This document shows positions 1 to 12,776 of a DNA stretch of 64,000 bases, in pieces. Under the pieces are notes generated by a model, which saw nothing but the letters and a program-made list of their open reading frames with translations, was not told the DNA's origin and did no database searches. This DNA comes from Azolla caroliniana (taxonomy: Eukaryota > Plantae > Polypodiophyta), in NCBI GenBank assembly GCA_043228905.1, contig JBHGNT010000006.1, positions 22,258,001 through 22,322,000 on the forward strand. Direction: 5' to 3'. How positions within the stretch are numbered: the stretch's first letter is position 1; each line of letters begins with the position of its first letter. The position numbers and the translations under genes were made by a program.

Positions 1-3000
1 AAGTTCAAGTTTCAGTGCTATTTGGATCAAACTAAGGTAAATTATTTTTAACTCCAAACTATATGGTTAATCAGATGCAACTATAAGGTGCTATTTACAC
101 CAAACCAATGAAATATATTATATTAGGAAATAGAACTTCTCGTGCAATTGGATTAAATTAAGGTACATTTTATATGTGGAAATTAGAAATTTTGGTTCTA
201 TCCAGATTGGACCAATCTTAAATTCGTGTACTCTAAAGTCGAAGTTTCAATGTTATTTGGTTCAGGACTCCGCATAAGCTTTTCTAAAACTGTCTCATTG
301 GGTGGAAAATTGGATTTGTCTAAGTCTCATCGGAGATTCAAATCAGATAAAATTCCTTTTATTATTATTATTATTGTTAATGTGGCATCCTCACAAAAGA
401 CAATTAGCTTAAGAGATTCTGGGATAGAATGTAACTGATTGCTGTCTATGCATATGTTGGATTATGAGATGAGTTACTTATTGTAACTTTTGCTGTTAAT
501 GCTAATAATTTAAGGAATGCATTTAGATCCATGAAAGTTAGGATTGTTTACAATGTATATTTATATACTATCTATTTAAAGTTAACTAGCAATTGAATGT
601 AATCTTTTACACATGTAATCCTTCTCTGTTTATGCCCTTCCAATTTTCACTTTACTGCATGAAAGAAATATGCAAAGGTGGTTTGTAGCATTATTTGCCT
701 TGCATTTTAGACCTTCTTCACCATTTTTTTTTTAGGTATACAAAATGGGACCAAGCTCGCAAATCTGGATGGTGGATAATAGCTCTGTGAAGACTTTATC
801 AAAGGTATAAACTTCTTATGTTCACACAGCTTTAACAACTCGTTTTAGTGTTTGTAATTTCTTGTTGGATGTTTTTGTAAGTAAAAAAGTGTTACAAAAA
901 TTCCCATTATCTTTCTCTTGTTTATGTAAGAAATTATTTCAATGCATACAAAGTGAAGCTAATCAGCAAACCTATATTTGAAGTTTGGGCAGTTTTTGGA
1001 TTTTTGTATAGCCATTCAAGATTGCGATTTCAGGCTTTTATGCATACTTTGAGAGTCATACATCTAAATACATGTTATGCATGAAGTGAAGCTTCTTGCG
1101 TTTCTTAAATTTTAGAAGATGAAACTTAAACAGGCAGAACACAATATGACAATGTGGGAAGCCCATTCTTGGTTTCTTTATAGTCTTTCTTTTTCTCGCT
1201 ATTCTTTCTAAGCCTTTATAGCATAGAAGGTGGGATCTCATTAAAATCGTTTTTTATTTCTGTTACTCTATATTTTATCTTCATACAAAAAGATAACACG
1301 TTTTCACTTTGTTAAACATCATATAGACGCCCTCTGCAAAAGCCTTTGCAGTTTGCTGCAAGTCAGAAGAAGCAAGCAGCGCATTATTAACAGCAGTTCA
1401 TGAATGGAAGTCAACAGGTATTGTACTCCTGTTTAGTATTGTCTATAGATGCATATGTATTATTGCATGATTTGTAGGTTGTCCTGCATTCACTTCAATG
1501 AAAATACATGTATGCATTCTTGTTCTACACATACCTGGTATTTAATGTCTATAAAAAAGGACCATAGATGATTAACATTAATATTTAGAATTTGATGTAT
1601 CGTATATTTAGTTTGTTGTTCTGAGTATATGATTGTGTAAGAAGATGCATCAAAGTTCTGGATTGATATGGACGCATATTTCTTTGGTAGCATGGAAGTA
1701 ATTACACAGTATGCTCAAAATTTTGTAATGCTACAGGGTGTCTGGAAAATGGTATTATGGAACCTATAAAAAATTCAAGTAAGTTTGATGAAAAGATTGA
1801 GTCATCATCTGCCAAACTGTACTTCCATTATTATGGGCAGCTACTTCATCAGCAAAACATGCTTCAAGATTATGTGAGAACAGGTATACTCCATGTATAT
1901 CAATATGTGTGAAGTCATATACCTTATATCACACATGCAAACTGTAAGTAAGAATTTTATCACCCAATGGTGCTTCCAAAGGTTAGAGATTTATGAGGAG
2001 TACAGAGTCATAGTTTCCATGCAAAATATTCATCGTATTTTGTTTATATAATGATGCTATAATATATTTAGTTTCATTAAATTTTGTTTTCTGTACAGGA
2101 ACTTACTACGCAGCTGTTTTAGAAAACTACCTTGATTTTCAAGGACGGGTAGTGGTCGATATTGGAGCTGGAAGTGGAATATTGTCACTCTTTGCTGCTC
2201 AGGTAATGGTTTACTATTCCTGAACTCTACCTCGAGTCTGATTGCAAACCAATTCTTAGAATTCAGAAACCTCAACAGTTCATTTCCTTGATATTCTCCC
2301 ATTATAGCCTTTGACAGCCCTTCAGGATGACACCAAAAAATTCTCCTCCAAGACCTTTGAGCTGCTTTTCTGAGAATCCTATGATTTCATATCACATGTC
2401 CCAAACAAGTTTGTTATAGATCCCCCCTTTAATACATTATTAATTCACTCTCATATGATTACCAACTTGCATTCTCTTGCATATGGTTAACTACTTGCAT
2501 TCTCACATTTATGGATGTGATGACCTTGGGATGTGGTAATATACTTCCAACACATTCGTTCTTTTTTTGCTATGCTGTATACCAACTACAAAGTTATGCA
2601 CTCCATGAATTCATTAAAGACTACTATGGACAACTCAAAGGTCCAGTTCCGTAACCCCGCCTCTAGCACACATTGTTTACATTTGCTAGCTCAGAATTTA
2701 TGAACTTTCTATCAAAATTTTAAAATAGCATTGTCGATGCTAATACTAAGCTCAAGAAACCCAGTGTTCTTGTTTCTCAAATCTTGGAAGCAGGTTTATG
2801 CCAATGATTCTTCTGGTAGGTTTATGATTTATTATTTTAATTTAAATAAACTTCCCCAAGTTTGTGATAAAATAGGATTCATCACAAAAATCTGAATTGG
2901 TTATTGATGATAAAGAAGTTATCTTATATACGCCATCGAGACTCATTCATGTGAACATGAATGTGTCAAAGGATTTCTAAGTTTAGCCTTGCGTAGTACA

Positions 3001-6000
3001 ATTTGAAGGGTTAGAAATATCATTATTACCAAGCTTTGATGTAAAGAGATGATATCCTTTGTATTTGAAATTTTTGGAAGCTTCTTCTCTTCTTGCATTG
3101 TAGAGCATGCCAAGCAAAGAATACATTTTGCCGGTAAACAATTATTGGAATATAATCAGACTGTCACAGCATTATTCCTCTGGTGATACAACTTATATTC
3201 ACATCTCCGAAAGATACAAACTGAGCTGGAAATTATTTCAGAAGTCTTGCTGAAGATTATATATTTCTTATCTGTATACCTTCTTCAAAATCTGAGATCA
3301 TAGAGCAACAGCTAAGAAATTTCTTTCAGACGTTTTGATCATGATCAATAATGATTTATGAAAAGGACTGAGAAATTGTAGAGCGTTTTGTGCCTCAGGT
3401 GTATCAGTTATATCCTATCAACGTCAGTGTTATTGTCCATCATATACATCAAGCTAATGGAGGATATATGCACTCCAATTTTTCAGTTCTCATAATTCAT
3501 TGATCCCTTGGATGATCAAATTTTTTGTTTAAAGAGATATCTTTCTCCTTGCACTATGGATTTTTGAAGTATTGTTAAGGAAAGATAAACCTTGCTTTGT
3601 GAACCTTCTAAATTTCTTTTAGTTCCTTTCTGTATGATTACTACATGAGAACATGAGCCACCCTTCAGAGAATGCTATAATGGTCCTCTGCTCGAAATCC
3701 TGTCACTTGTTTACTTGCAAAATTAAATTCTCTCTGATTGCCAATATACCTCACCTATATATAATTTTGATTACTTGTGTGTGTTCCAAGAAGGGAGAAA
3801 AGACCTGATTTTTCTGCATCACTAAAAGACCTTGAGTATAAGGAATATCATCTGGATAGCATTTCATCATGCTTGAGGCTTCCCTAAATATAGTACACCC
3901 ACCTTTCCTTGGATTTACATTCTTTCATAGTCGACCGCTGTAAGTGATATGACTATTTCCTTATTGATAAATTCAATTATGACATCTATACACACACTCA
4001 TATATATGTTATGATGACTTACTGTAATAGGTATTTTTTATTGAGAATATTGTGCATAAATTTACATGATCGAATTTAATATGGTCAATATGTAATATCC
4101 AACTACCACTTACCAACCTTTGAGTAGTATCTTTATGTTTGGGTTTCAATTGTGCAGGCAGGGGCCAAACGTGTCTATGCAATAGAGGCGTCTGGAATGG
4201 CAGAATATGCCCGCAAACTCATCGCAGGAAACCCTGCCCTCAGCTCTGTCATAACTGTAAGTTTTGTTAAGATATTGTGGTGCTGGCAAGTTGCTGCTCT
4301 GTGATTAACCATTGGCTGTTCTGATTGTAGGTAATCCATGGTAAAGTTGAAGATGTTGAGCTTCCAGAAAAAGCGGATGTGTTGATTTCAGAGCCTTTGG
4401 GTAAGTGCTACTAGAATAGTTTTTTCTTGTTTTTGATTTGGCTATTGCCTTTTATAAAGAGGAAGTGATCATACACTCTATATTAGTATAAGTATACCAA
4501 CAATAAAATAAAAAATAGTGATATTAACATCCATTCCTTATAGAGTTTCTTTGGTGAAATGCTGGAGTATAATACGTTTGCTGCTGTGTAAATTTGATTC
4601 AAATATCGTGACGCAGGAGCTATCATTGTTATATTCTTGATTGTTTATCTCCTCATAAATGATAATATGGATGTGTGACAGGGACCTTACTTGTAAATGA
4701 ACGCATGCTGGAGTCGTACATAATTTCACGGGATCGTTTCCTTAAGCCAGCTGGGAAAATGTTCCCAACTCTTGGAAGGTTTTCTTTCAACTGTCTATTT
4801 GAGTTGCACCAAACATTTTAGGAATAGTTTTTTTAATGTGACTAATGCCTAGTAAAATGTGTTTCACAAAACTGATATCGGGTGCTTTAACAGGATCCAT
4901 ATGGCTCCTTTTAGCGATGAATATCTTCATGTTGAGATTGCTAGTAAGGTAAGAAGACTCTCTTCCACTTTGTTTTATTGTTTGCATGGTGCATACAATC
5001 TCTCGTCTCTTTGCACATGAGTTTTGTTTGACATGTTCTTTTGTGTGTTTGTGTTTCTGATAATGGAAAAGTAGTATCATTGAATTTGAATTTGTACTTG
5101 GCTACAGTCAGAGGCAGTTTAACGTGAGTGACCTTAATGGGCAAACCCATTTATGAATTAAATTTCCCATTTCAAAGTTTTGTTTGCCTCTGCATCTTGT
5201 TTGGTTGTATAACCATTGGCGATTTCTTTGAGGTTAATGAAAGAAGCATATTCACATGTTATTAGTATTAAAATTAAAATCCAAGCAGAGATGTGTCTGA
5301 TCTAATGTCTTGCGTTGATTCCACCCAAAAACTCAGCTGAAGGCACTCTTTTCCTTCACTGGATTCTTGTTCTCGCTTCATGCTTGAAGCATCTTCCGAT
5401 AGATTAATGTATAATAACATATAGACAAGAGAAAGAAAGAATAGAGTCTATTAACATCTTGAAAGAGGAAAAATTGCCCTGTAACGCGAAGCAAGAGATT
5501 GCGGTTATGGAAGAGAATAGATTGCAGCTGGAGGCAACTTGCAAGACAAGGAGAAATGAAATAAATATGTGTTACAGAGAGGACTCTGAGAATTATGGTT
5601 GGCTGCTGTGCAGAAATGAGCTATGAAGATGACGAGACAGTAGTTACCATGAAGAAGTGTGAAGAAGACACTGATTAGGTTTGTGGACAGGCATGGAGAA
5701 GAGTGTGCGGAAGCTTCAATGTGAAGCATAGGTCAACATTAGTTCAGCATACTAACTGCAGATAGTATGCTGATGTATATGCTTCTGGCTTCTCTTTAAC
5801 AGAACCTTATTCAATTTCTTGGGGGTTTTAGAATGCATCTTAAATGCAGATCTGGCTGTTTCTTTCAGTTTAGATTCGCCTTACCTCATTATAGTTCTTT
5901 TTTCTTTGATGATTTTATGTTCGTAGCTTTGTGATATATGCTTTTACATTGATTCAGCAAAGACTTCTGACGATAATCTTTTTCTAATGCTTGGATTAAT

Positions 6001-8808
6001 TTGAAAACCTTTCTCAAACAATATAACTACACTAGTATTTGATCTCTTTCAAACAAGTTGGTTCACTGAAACTGGTTCATTGCAGGCCTTATTCTGGCAA
6101 CAACCTAATTACTATGGCGTTGATCTTACTGCATTGTATGACACGGCTTTCCATGGGTATTTTTCTCAGGTATAATGTTTTCTTAAACAGAAAGTGTTTC
6201 TCAAACACACAATTATATCTTATCCTTTGGAACACTTTTGATGTTGCAGCCAGTTGTGGATGCTTTTGACCCGAGATTGCTTGTGGCACCTTCTATTTCC
6301 CATACCATAGACTTTACAAAAATAAAGGTGCGAGGTTTCACGTTTTTCTAATTGTTAACAAGGAAATTATTCTACCAAATTGTTCTCGCTATTAAAGCAC
6401 AGTTGTCTGGTTTCAGGAAGAAGAGTTCTATGAAATAAACATTCCTTTGAATTTCACTGTAACAATGGCTACTCGAATTCACGGTCTTGCTTGCTGGTTT
6501 GATGTCCTCTTTGATGGAAGGTATAACTTGTTTCTGTAGGTGTTGATTTAAATTTTTTATATGGTATACATGTATACTATACAATATGAAGCAATCAAGG
6601 TTTCTACATCACCTGAATGAAAATGATCAATCCATGTCATTGATGTGTGATATGTGATGGAATTTAGTTCTGGGATTGTGAAATTGCTCTAGGTTAATGC
6701 TTCAATAATAGATGAAGTTCCCTTTTCCTATTTCAGAAGTATAGGTGCAAAAGTAAACCTTAATAACTAGAGAATTTGTAATTGTAAAGCAGTATCATCC
6801 AATATGATGGTATCTTCCCATTACCTATTATATGCGATTCCTTGATGTGTCTCATTAATATATGCATCTATGCTCAGCTAAGATGATTGTTTAAATGTTC
6901 AGCTTGGCTCAAAGGTGGTTAACAACTGCTCCAGGAACAGCAACCACTCATTGGTACCAGATACGTTGTGTTTTATCCCAACCATTATATGTAATGGCAG
7001 GTCAAGAAATAACTGGGCACTTGAGTATGATTGCTCATAGTGCACAGAGTTACACACTAAACCTTACCATGTCTGGTAAGTAAAATAAAACCAGCATTTG
7101 TTTGCAACTCATTACCAAGATGAAGTTTTATTAACATTAGGGCTCCAAAAACCATTTTTCAGTCAAGGTTTGGGGTGCATCGGGTCAAGCGATTCTGCAA
7201 ACTTCTTCAGGAAAGTTGGATTTGAAGGAGCCATATTACAGGATGTCACAGCCACAAGCTTATGCATGGACGCAGGAGCAGATGAACCAGATGCAACAAC
7301 AATTGGTATGCTTTCCAATCTTTTAATTTGACTTATGTCTTTTGTGATAAGATTATACCTTAATATGGGAATACAAATGCTACCTATATGAAATAAATAT
7401 TTATTGATGTGTGATTCTACCAATAAATGCTCTTTGTTGAATTCATAGGCATGCATGACACTCATATGCCAGGAATCTACAATTTATGTTCTTTTTGTTC
7501 TATTGGTCAGGTTTGACTTCGCTGCTTTTGGCATTCCTTTTGTCCTTGAGGCTATAGCATTAGAATCCTACCCAACATCTTCTGGGAAAAATCGAATGGT
7601 TTTTGTTTTATCATTGGCAAGTCAGACAGTCAAATGTCCATTCAAATGTCATCCTAACCAATCAATGTATTTAATAATGTATTGGCTGACATCCCTTGTA
7701 CAATTAATTGAGTGTATAATCTCCTCAATTCAATTTGTGGTCTCTGCAAGTGATAGAATTTTGTAATGCATATCATATTCACCCCTGTTTATATACTAAT
7801 CTTTAAACAGCTCTATCCTTTGTTTGCTGGGATTTACTAATGGCCTGAAACCACCAAAAAATGTACTGGATCATTATGATTGAGAAAATCGTTTTTGAAA
7901 CAGTTCGTATTTACCCCTGTTTTTTTAATCCTGTCTTTAAACTACTGCATCCTTTGTTTTTGTTCTCTAGGTTGTACTGATCACCCAAAAGTGACAAAGA
8001 TGGCATGTCTTGATTTTCTTTGTAAAATGTTTGCTGGGTCATTTAAGAACCGTAATGAAAAATAGAATTATTGAAACATTTCATATTCCACCCCCTCAGT
8101 CTTTAAACTGCTTGGTGGTTCTTGGGGATGTATTGGTTACCGTAAAGTGATGGCAATGTGGTTTCTTTAAATTTGCTTTGCAAATGTGTACCTGTAGAAA
8201 TATGGTGTTTTTGAAACAGTTCATGCTCAGAACTTGTTTTGGATACTGTCCGTTAAATTGTTTGATGCAGTTTGCTGGGATGCATTGATTTTCCCTAACA
8301 AAGTCCTATTTTTCAAGGATACTGACGCGAATGACGTCTTTTGATATGAGAACACACTACTCATAGCTAATTATTCAGGGGCATTAATGTTCATGACACA
8401 TGCTAGGATTGAAAGCCTTTGATGGCTTATTTTATGATTGAAAGGGACTAATGATTTGGATTCAAGGACACTGATGACACCTGTGAATCAAAGCCACTGC
8501 TGCTTATGACTATCATATGATGATTCAATCCCTGTAATGGCAAGACTTAAGATTCTACCTCATGAAAACTTACGATTATTCAAGGGAAAATCGAAGCCAA
8601 AATCTTGGATGAAACATGATTTTTTTTTCTGCATTTGCAGGCAAGTCAAACTTCTCAGCAGCCACAAATACAGCCATCTCCAATTCAAGCAGACCCGATT
8701 GCAGCTGTGCAACAGCAATTTTCCGGCTCTACTATTAAGTCTGTAAAAAATGAGCAACTGCAAGCAAATCAAGATCAACCACCACCATCTGTGTATCATC
8801 AGGTTTAA
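1..8808 (+). CDS. PRMT4: Protein arginine methyltransferase PRMT4/CARM1-like, multi-exon, 5' end outside window
   Basis: GT-AG exons read in frame: <1-36, 736-804, 1327-1417, 1737-1883, 2099-2202, 4158-4256, 4331-4400, 4682-4778, 4894-4948, 6086-6169, 6250-6327, 6417-6520, 6903-7075, 7163-7305, 8641-8808 (TAA). Translation shows [25 protein letters not shown]-binding VVDIGAGSG, double-E loop [21 protein letters not shown] loop (TTHWYQ) and a Q-rich C-terminal tail, all typical of plant PRMT4. Confidence 0.95.
7770..8300. repeat. Degenerate intronic tandem repeat (~4 diverged copies) in last PRMT4 intron
   Basis: Recurring cores such as cccctgttt..., tctttaaac(a/t)gc and gtttgctggga at ~7780, ~7915, ~8095 and ~8250. 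Confidence 0.45.
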
Positions 8809-10519
8809 CAAAAAAAATCCTTGCTGTACGGGTGTAAAAAGAAATTCAAGATTGATTCTCCATTTAAAAAGGTTTTCGGGTCTCTTTTTCAACCGAATTT
8901 TCTTTGATGATGAGGGAAGTGGATAACTATATTACCACCTTGGATTCGTAATGTGAACCAAATATTCTTATTCCTTGAGGTTCAGCCTCATGGTTTTCCT
9001 ACAGTGTTGGTTTTCACCTTCATTTGCAATGCAAAAGCTGAGATTGACGATATTTTGTATTCCATTTATCTCAAAATTCGCTTCATGTCGAAGCCAAAAC
9101 CGTAAACAAGATTTGATTGGTTTAGTTAGAGAAAATTTGGATTACAAACCTCTCTGTTTGGCAATTTGCATTTACAGTGTCATGTAATCCAAATCGGGAT
9201 TTGCAAAAGTTGCAGCGGCTACTTGCCATTATTATTTTATGATCATTTTGAGTTCTTGATGTAGCCAATGATAATAGAGGATGATTACATGGATTGGGTT
9301 TGACAGTCTTACGAGGATATGAGAAATACTCTTGACACATGAAAAATTAGCCATAGAATCAAATTAATTGACATCTGAATTGAGGATTTGGTATCTGAAC
9401 TGACACATAATAATTGGAAAGATTTGGTTTCTATGCGCCGATATTGAATCTGTTACCTTGGACATTGAGAATTTGTATACCTCTTCCCTCATATATGAAT
9501 AAATCAGATTGCTTATTGCACATGTTACCGAAGGGTACAGAGATTACCAATGACTTGCAACAGCAAACTAGAATCCAAATACATTTGTAAAGAACTGCCC
9601 ACAATATACAACAAACAAAAAAGTTTTAACACGCAGATGAAAAATAATAAGGTAATCAAAGCAATTAATGCTACATGATAGGTAGATGCAGGTGCAATAG
9701 TGGAACAAAAGTGCCAGGGCATGCAAAATACACTAATCAGAATGTATTGATTATCTAAGCAGTTATTGATGTAGCATGTGTTACAATCCAATATAGTTTC
9801 ACAAAAGCTATAATTTGCAAATTTATGAGCTTTAGATTATCCAAAATTTGCAAATTCTTTATGTTTTTGTCATTTGTAACTCAAATACCAGCTTTGCTGT
9901 ATGGAATACATGCATTGCTAAAATAAGTAAAAAACAAAAATCGGCAGTGGGTAAGACAAATGATGAACTCCATGATGGCTCAATAAAATATAGAACACAA
10001 TTAGCTTCCTATTTATCTGTAGATTGTGAAGATGTATAGATGAAGATTGTTGATCACAACTTAATCATAATCTTCAATGGTTAGCTATCAATATCTAATA
10101 CTAACACACAATGAAGTAATCTTATAATCTCTCGCATAATTGTTGTAAACAATGGTGATGGTTCAATATGAGTTTGGGATTTTGAGGTTGAAACTTTATT
10201 AGGTGGCTGGCAACAGAAAACATGAACATTGAGGTGGTAGACCAATTTTGCTATCCAGACATGTAATGATGCAACCAACTTTGATCATCCAAAATCATGT
10301 GCAAAATGTAGTGGCATCCTCATGAAGTGACATACATGTATGATGACAGAACAAAAATTGTTATCAATGGTCATCTTATTCACTCATTTGGCAAGCAATT
10401 TTAGTAGAGAAACTTCGGAATAATTAAGAATGTTTTCTTATGAATGATTTCATCATTATTTTTATTTACTTATTTCTTCTCAAATATTGAAGGTGTTCAG
10501 AAACTTAAAATCAATGGCT

Positions 10520-10860
10520 TGGGTGATACGGGTGGCCAAGTGTGGACGGTAGGTAGACACACAATCCTACTACTACAACAACTAGAAACAAAGATGAAAC
10601 CCTAAAATCTAAAATTTGTAATGATACGGGCAGCCAAGCGTAGACAAACAATCCTACTACTACAACAACAACTACAAACCAGATGAAACCCTACAATCTA
10701 AAATTTGGAATGCTATGGGCGGGCGAGCAAACAACTACTACATATCTTGCGACGACCGGTTTTGACGGACAGATGAAACCCTAATAATCTAGAATTTGGA
10801 ATGATACAGGTGGGCGGGTGAGCAAACAACTACATTATCTCGCGACAAGCGGGTTTTCAC
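10520..10860. repeat. ~90-bp tandem repeat (~3.5 copies) containing telo-box AAACCCTA
   Basis: gatgaaaccctaxaatctaxaatttgxaatgxtaxggg recurs at ~10593, ~10682 and ~10772, with a partial unit at ~10525. Confidence 0.8.
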
Positions 10861-11008
10861 GAATTGCTCTGTTTCTGTCTGTGTTATCTCTGTTTTTTGT
10901 CTCAGGGTTTCACGAATTGAGGAAACCCTAAGATCCCGAACCATCGGAAGCCTACGGGAGTGACGGTGTGTGTGTTAGGTTTTGGGTTGTAACATGTGCT
11001 TTAGATAA

Positions 11009-11096
11009 GACCCACATCTGGAGGAGTGCCTTTTTTTGTCCGCCCAAGTGTGAACACGAGCAGGATTAGGGTTTCTTGCCCTGGCCACATATAAAA
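11009..11096 (+). promoter_or_regulatory. snoRNA-type promoter: USE-like element, telo-box, TATA
   Basis: GACCCACATCTG (11009-11020, resembles plant snRNA USE RTCCCACATCG), TTAGGGTTT (11066-11074), and TATAAAA (11090-11096) about 35 nt upstream of the predicted U13 5' end. Confidence 0.65.
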
Positions 11097-11123
11097 GCTG
11101 AGGCTATGGCGCCTCTGTAACTC

Positions 11124-11255
11124 GATCCTTCTCTGTTCTACTGAGAAAATGATGAGAGGCCCATCCTCGCTGCGCTTGTCGCTCTGTCTGCGAGAGAAGA
11201 TGACCAGCCCCAACTTTTTCCTTGTTACAAATATGGCATTTTGCCTCATCTGACC
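11124..11255 (+). ncRNA. U13: U13/SNORD13 (snR45, plant snoR105/108-like) box C/D snoRNA guiding 18S rRNA helix-45 ac4C
   Basis: 5' GATCCTTC (11124-11131) is complementary to the 18S 3' end GAAGGAUC. Box C ATGATGA at 11149-11155. CCTTGTTAC (11220-11228) is complementary to 18S GUAACAAGG. GAGGC/GCCTC internal stem; box D CTGA at 11250-11253 followed by CC. Same layout as vertebrate U13 (AUCCUU...UGAUGA...CCUUGUUAC...CUGACC). Confidence 0.88.
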
Positions 11256-12107
11256 CCAATCCTCGTGAACAGAGAAGGATTCGTTAATTTGTTGCTAATT
11301 TGTGGGTTTCGTGTTCGCTAGGGAACAGAGAAGGATTAATTAGTTTGATTTGTTGCTAATATGTGGGTTTCATGTTGGCTAAGCAGGCTTTCTATCGGCT
11401 ACGAATCTTTAGCAGTTCGTTGTGTTTATCAGTAACTATATGCTGTTTTCTGATAGGAAAGATTGGTGTTGTGTTATATGTCGATTCTCTTCAATTCTGC
11501 GACGTTTTGTAGTTTGTGATGGGTGGGATTAAGTTTCTGCTATCTCGTATTTGTCTTCGTGTGCTCTTGGGCGTAGTCGGAATTTTTGGGTATACTGGTC
11601 TGTAATTGGTATAATTGATATAATCTTTGTTCTATGCACTTTAGATTGGAACAGCAGGTTTGTGCATGAATGTTTAGTTTCCGTTAGGTTTCAGTACCTA
11701 AAGGCGTGATCCAATGTGTACGTTTCTGACATTCAGATGCAATTGTAGATTGTGCAGGGATTGTTTGATCGTATGTGAATTAATTTGTTAGGTTCTTTTA
11801 TCTAGATATATTACCTTGCATGTAGGTATATAATATTCGGTAAAGCTGGCAGTTAATCTGCATGTTATGAAATTTTGAGCATGGCAATGACTGTTGTGAA
11901 GGATTTCCACTCTGAACTCGTGGGTCTTGTTAAGTCACCTTTAACTGTTCTAATTGTAACTATGATAACCTGTACCTTGGGTAACAGGTTGTTTGCAAAG
12001 AACTGTGTTTGCATCCAGGTTCTGCGTCGAAGGTTGAATAGCTTATCTTGGTAAATGGACCGGATACAAGGCTTGTGAAGATTTTTAGTGTTTGTCATTA
12101 CAGCACT

Positions 12108-12175
12108 TCATGAAGATTTTGTAAATTCGTCGATTTTCTGTCAATCCTATAGTGATATGCATGAACTTCTGAATC
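12108..12175 (+). ncRNA. Possible box C/D snoRNA (snoR14-like 18S guide), weak
   Basis: C-like ATGAAGA (12110-12116), 12-nt TCTGTCAATCCT (12137-12148) antisense to conserved 18S AGGAUUGACAGA, and CTGA (12169-12172). The D' box is non-canonical and the terminal stem is poor. Confidence 0.3.
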
Positions 12176-12776
12176 ACTTTGGGTGATCGGATCATGTGTG
12201 ATGTAAATTCTTTATCCGTCGGGTGGGTTACCACGTTTTTGTCTCTTCAGAATGTAATAATAAGAATTGGTTGTATTTGTCACCCTTTTCGTTTATTGTG
12301 ACTTTTCTGGCCTTAGTTGAGATAGTGAATGTGTTCTTTCTGTTCCGCTGAGTATTTAGAGCGAATATGGTGGTCTTTTGTATTCTGTTCAAATGGTTTT
12401 TGAAGAAGAGTGTTGTAATCACTTGTGGTTTTCTGTTCAAATGGTATGCCATGAAGTTATTCTGAATTGTGTTTCACCAACCTTTGTATCTGAACTATCT
12501 GGCAAGGTTTTCGTGTATTTGTTGAAGGTGTAGGAGTTGGTAAATGTGGCTTGTCTTCGTGCTAAATATCAATTATACGCGGACGTAGGTCGTGCAAGTG
12601 TTTAAGTGGAAGCAACATACGCATTGGGTACAGTTCAATGGCTTCCAGCCGCCAGTTATGAAATGAAGTCAGGTGGTCGAACTGCCCAACATAAGGAAGC
12701 TGCTGCCTTGTAAGTGGGTTTTAAGAAACAGATATGTGTCTTGTTCAGGAAACCCCAAATGTAAAGCACGGCTCGT

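Noticed and set aside
241-268. Short similarity to the PRMT4 exon at 8-36
   Set aside because: Too short, and lacks a matching donor site; cannot support an alternative exon.
2300-4100. Possible decayed TE or coding remnant in a long PRMT4 intron
   Set aside because: No recognisable motif could be read in the frames inspected.
11267-11340. ACAGAGAAG resembling the U6 snRNA ACAGAGA box
   Set aside because: No other U6 sequence; explained as the complement of the U13 5' end.
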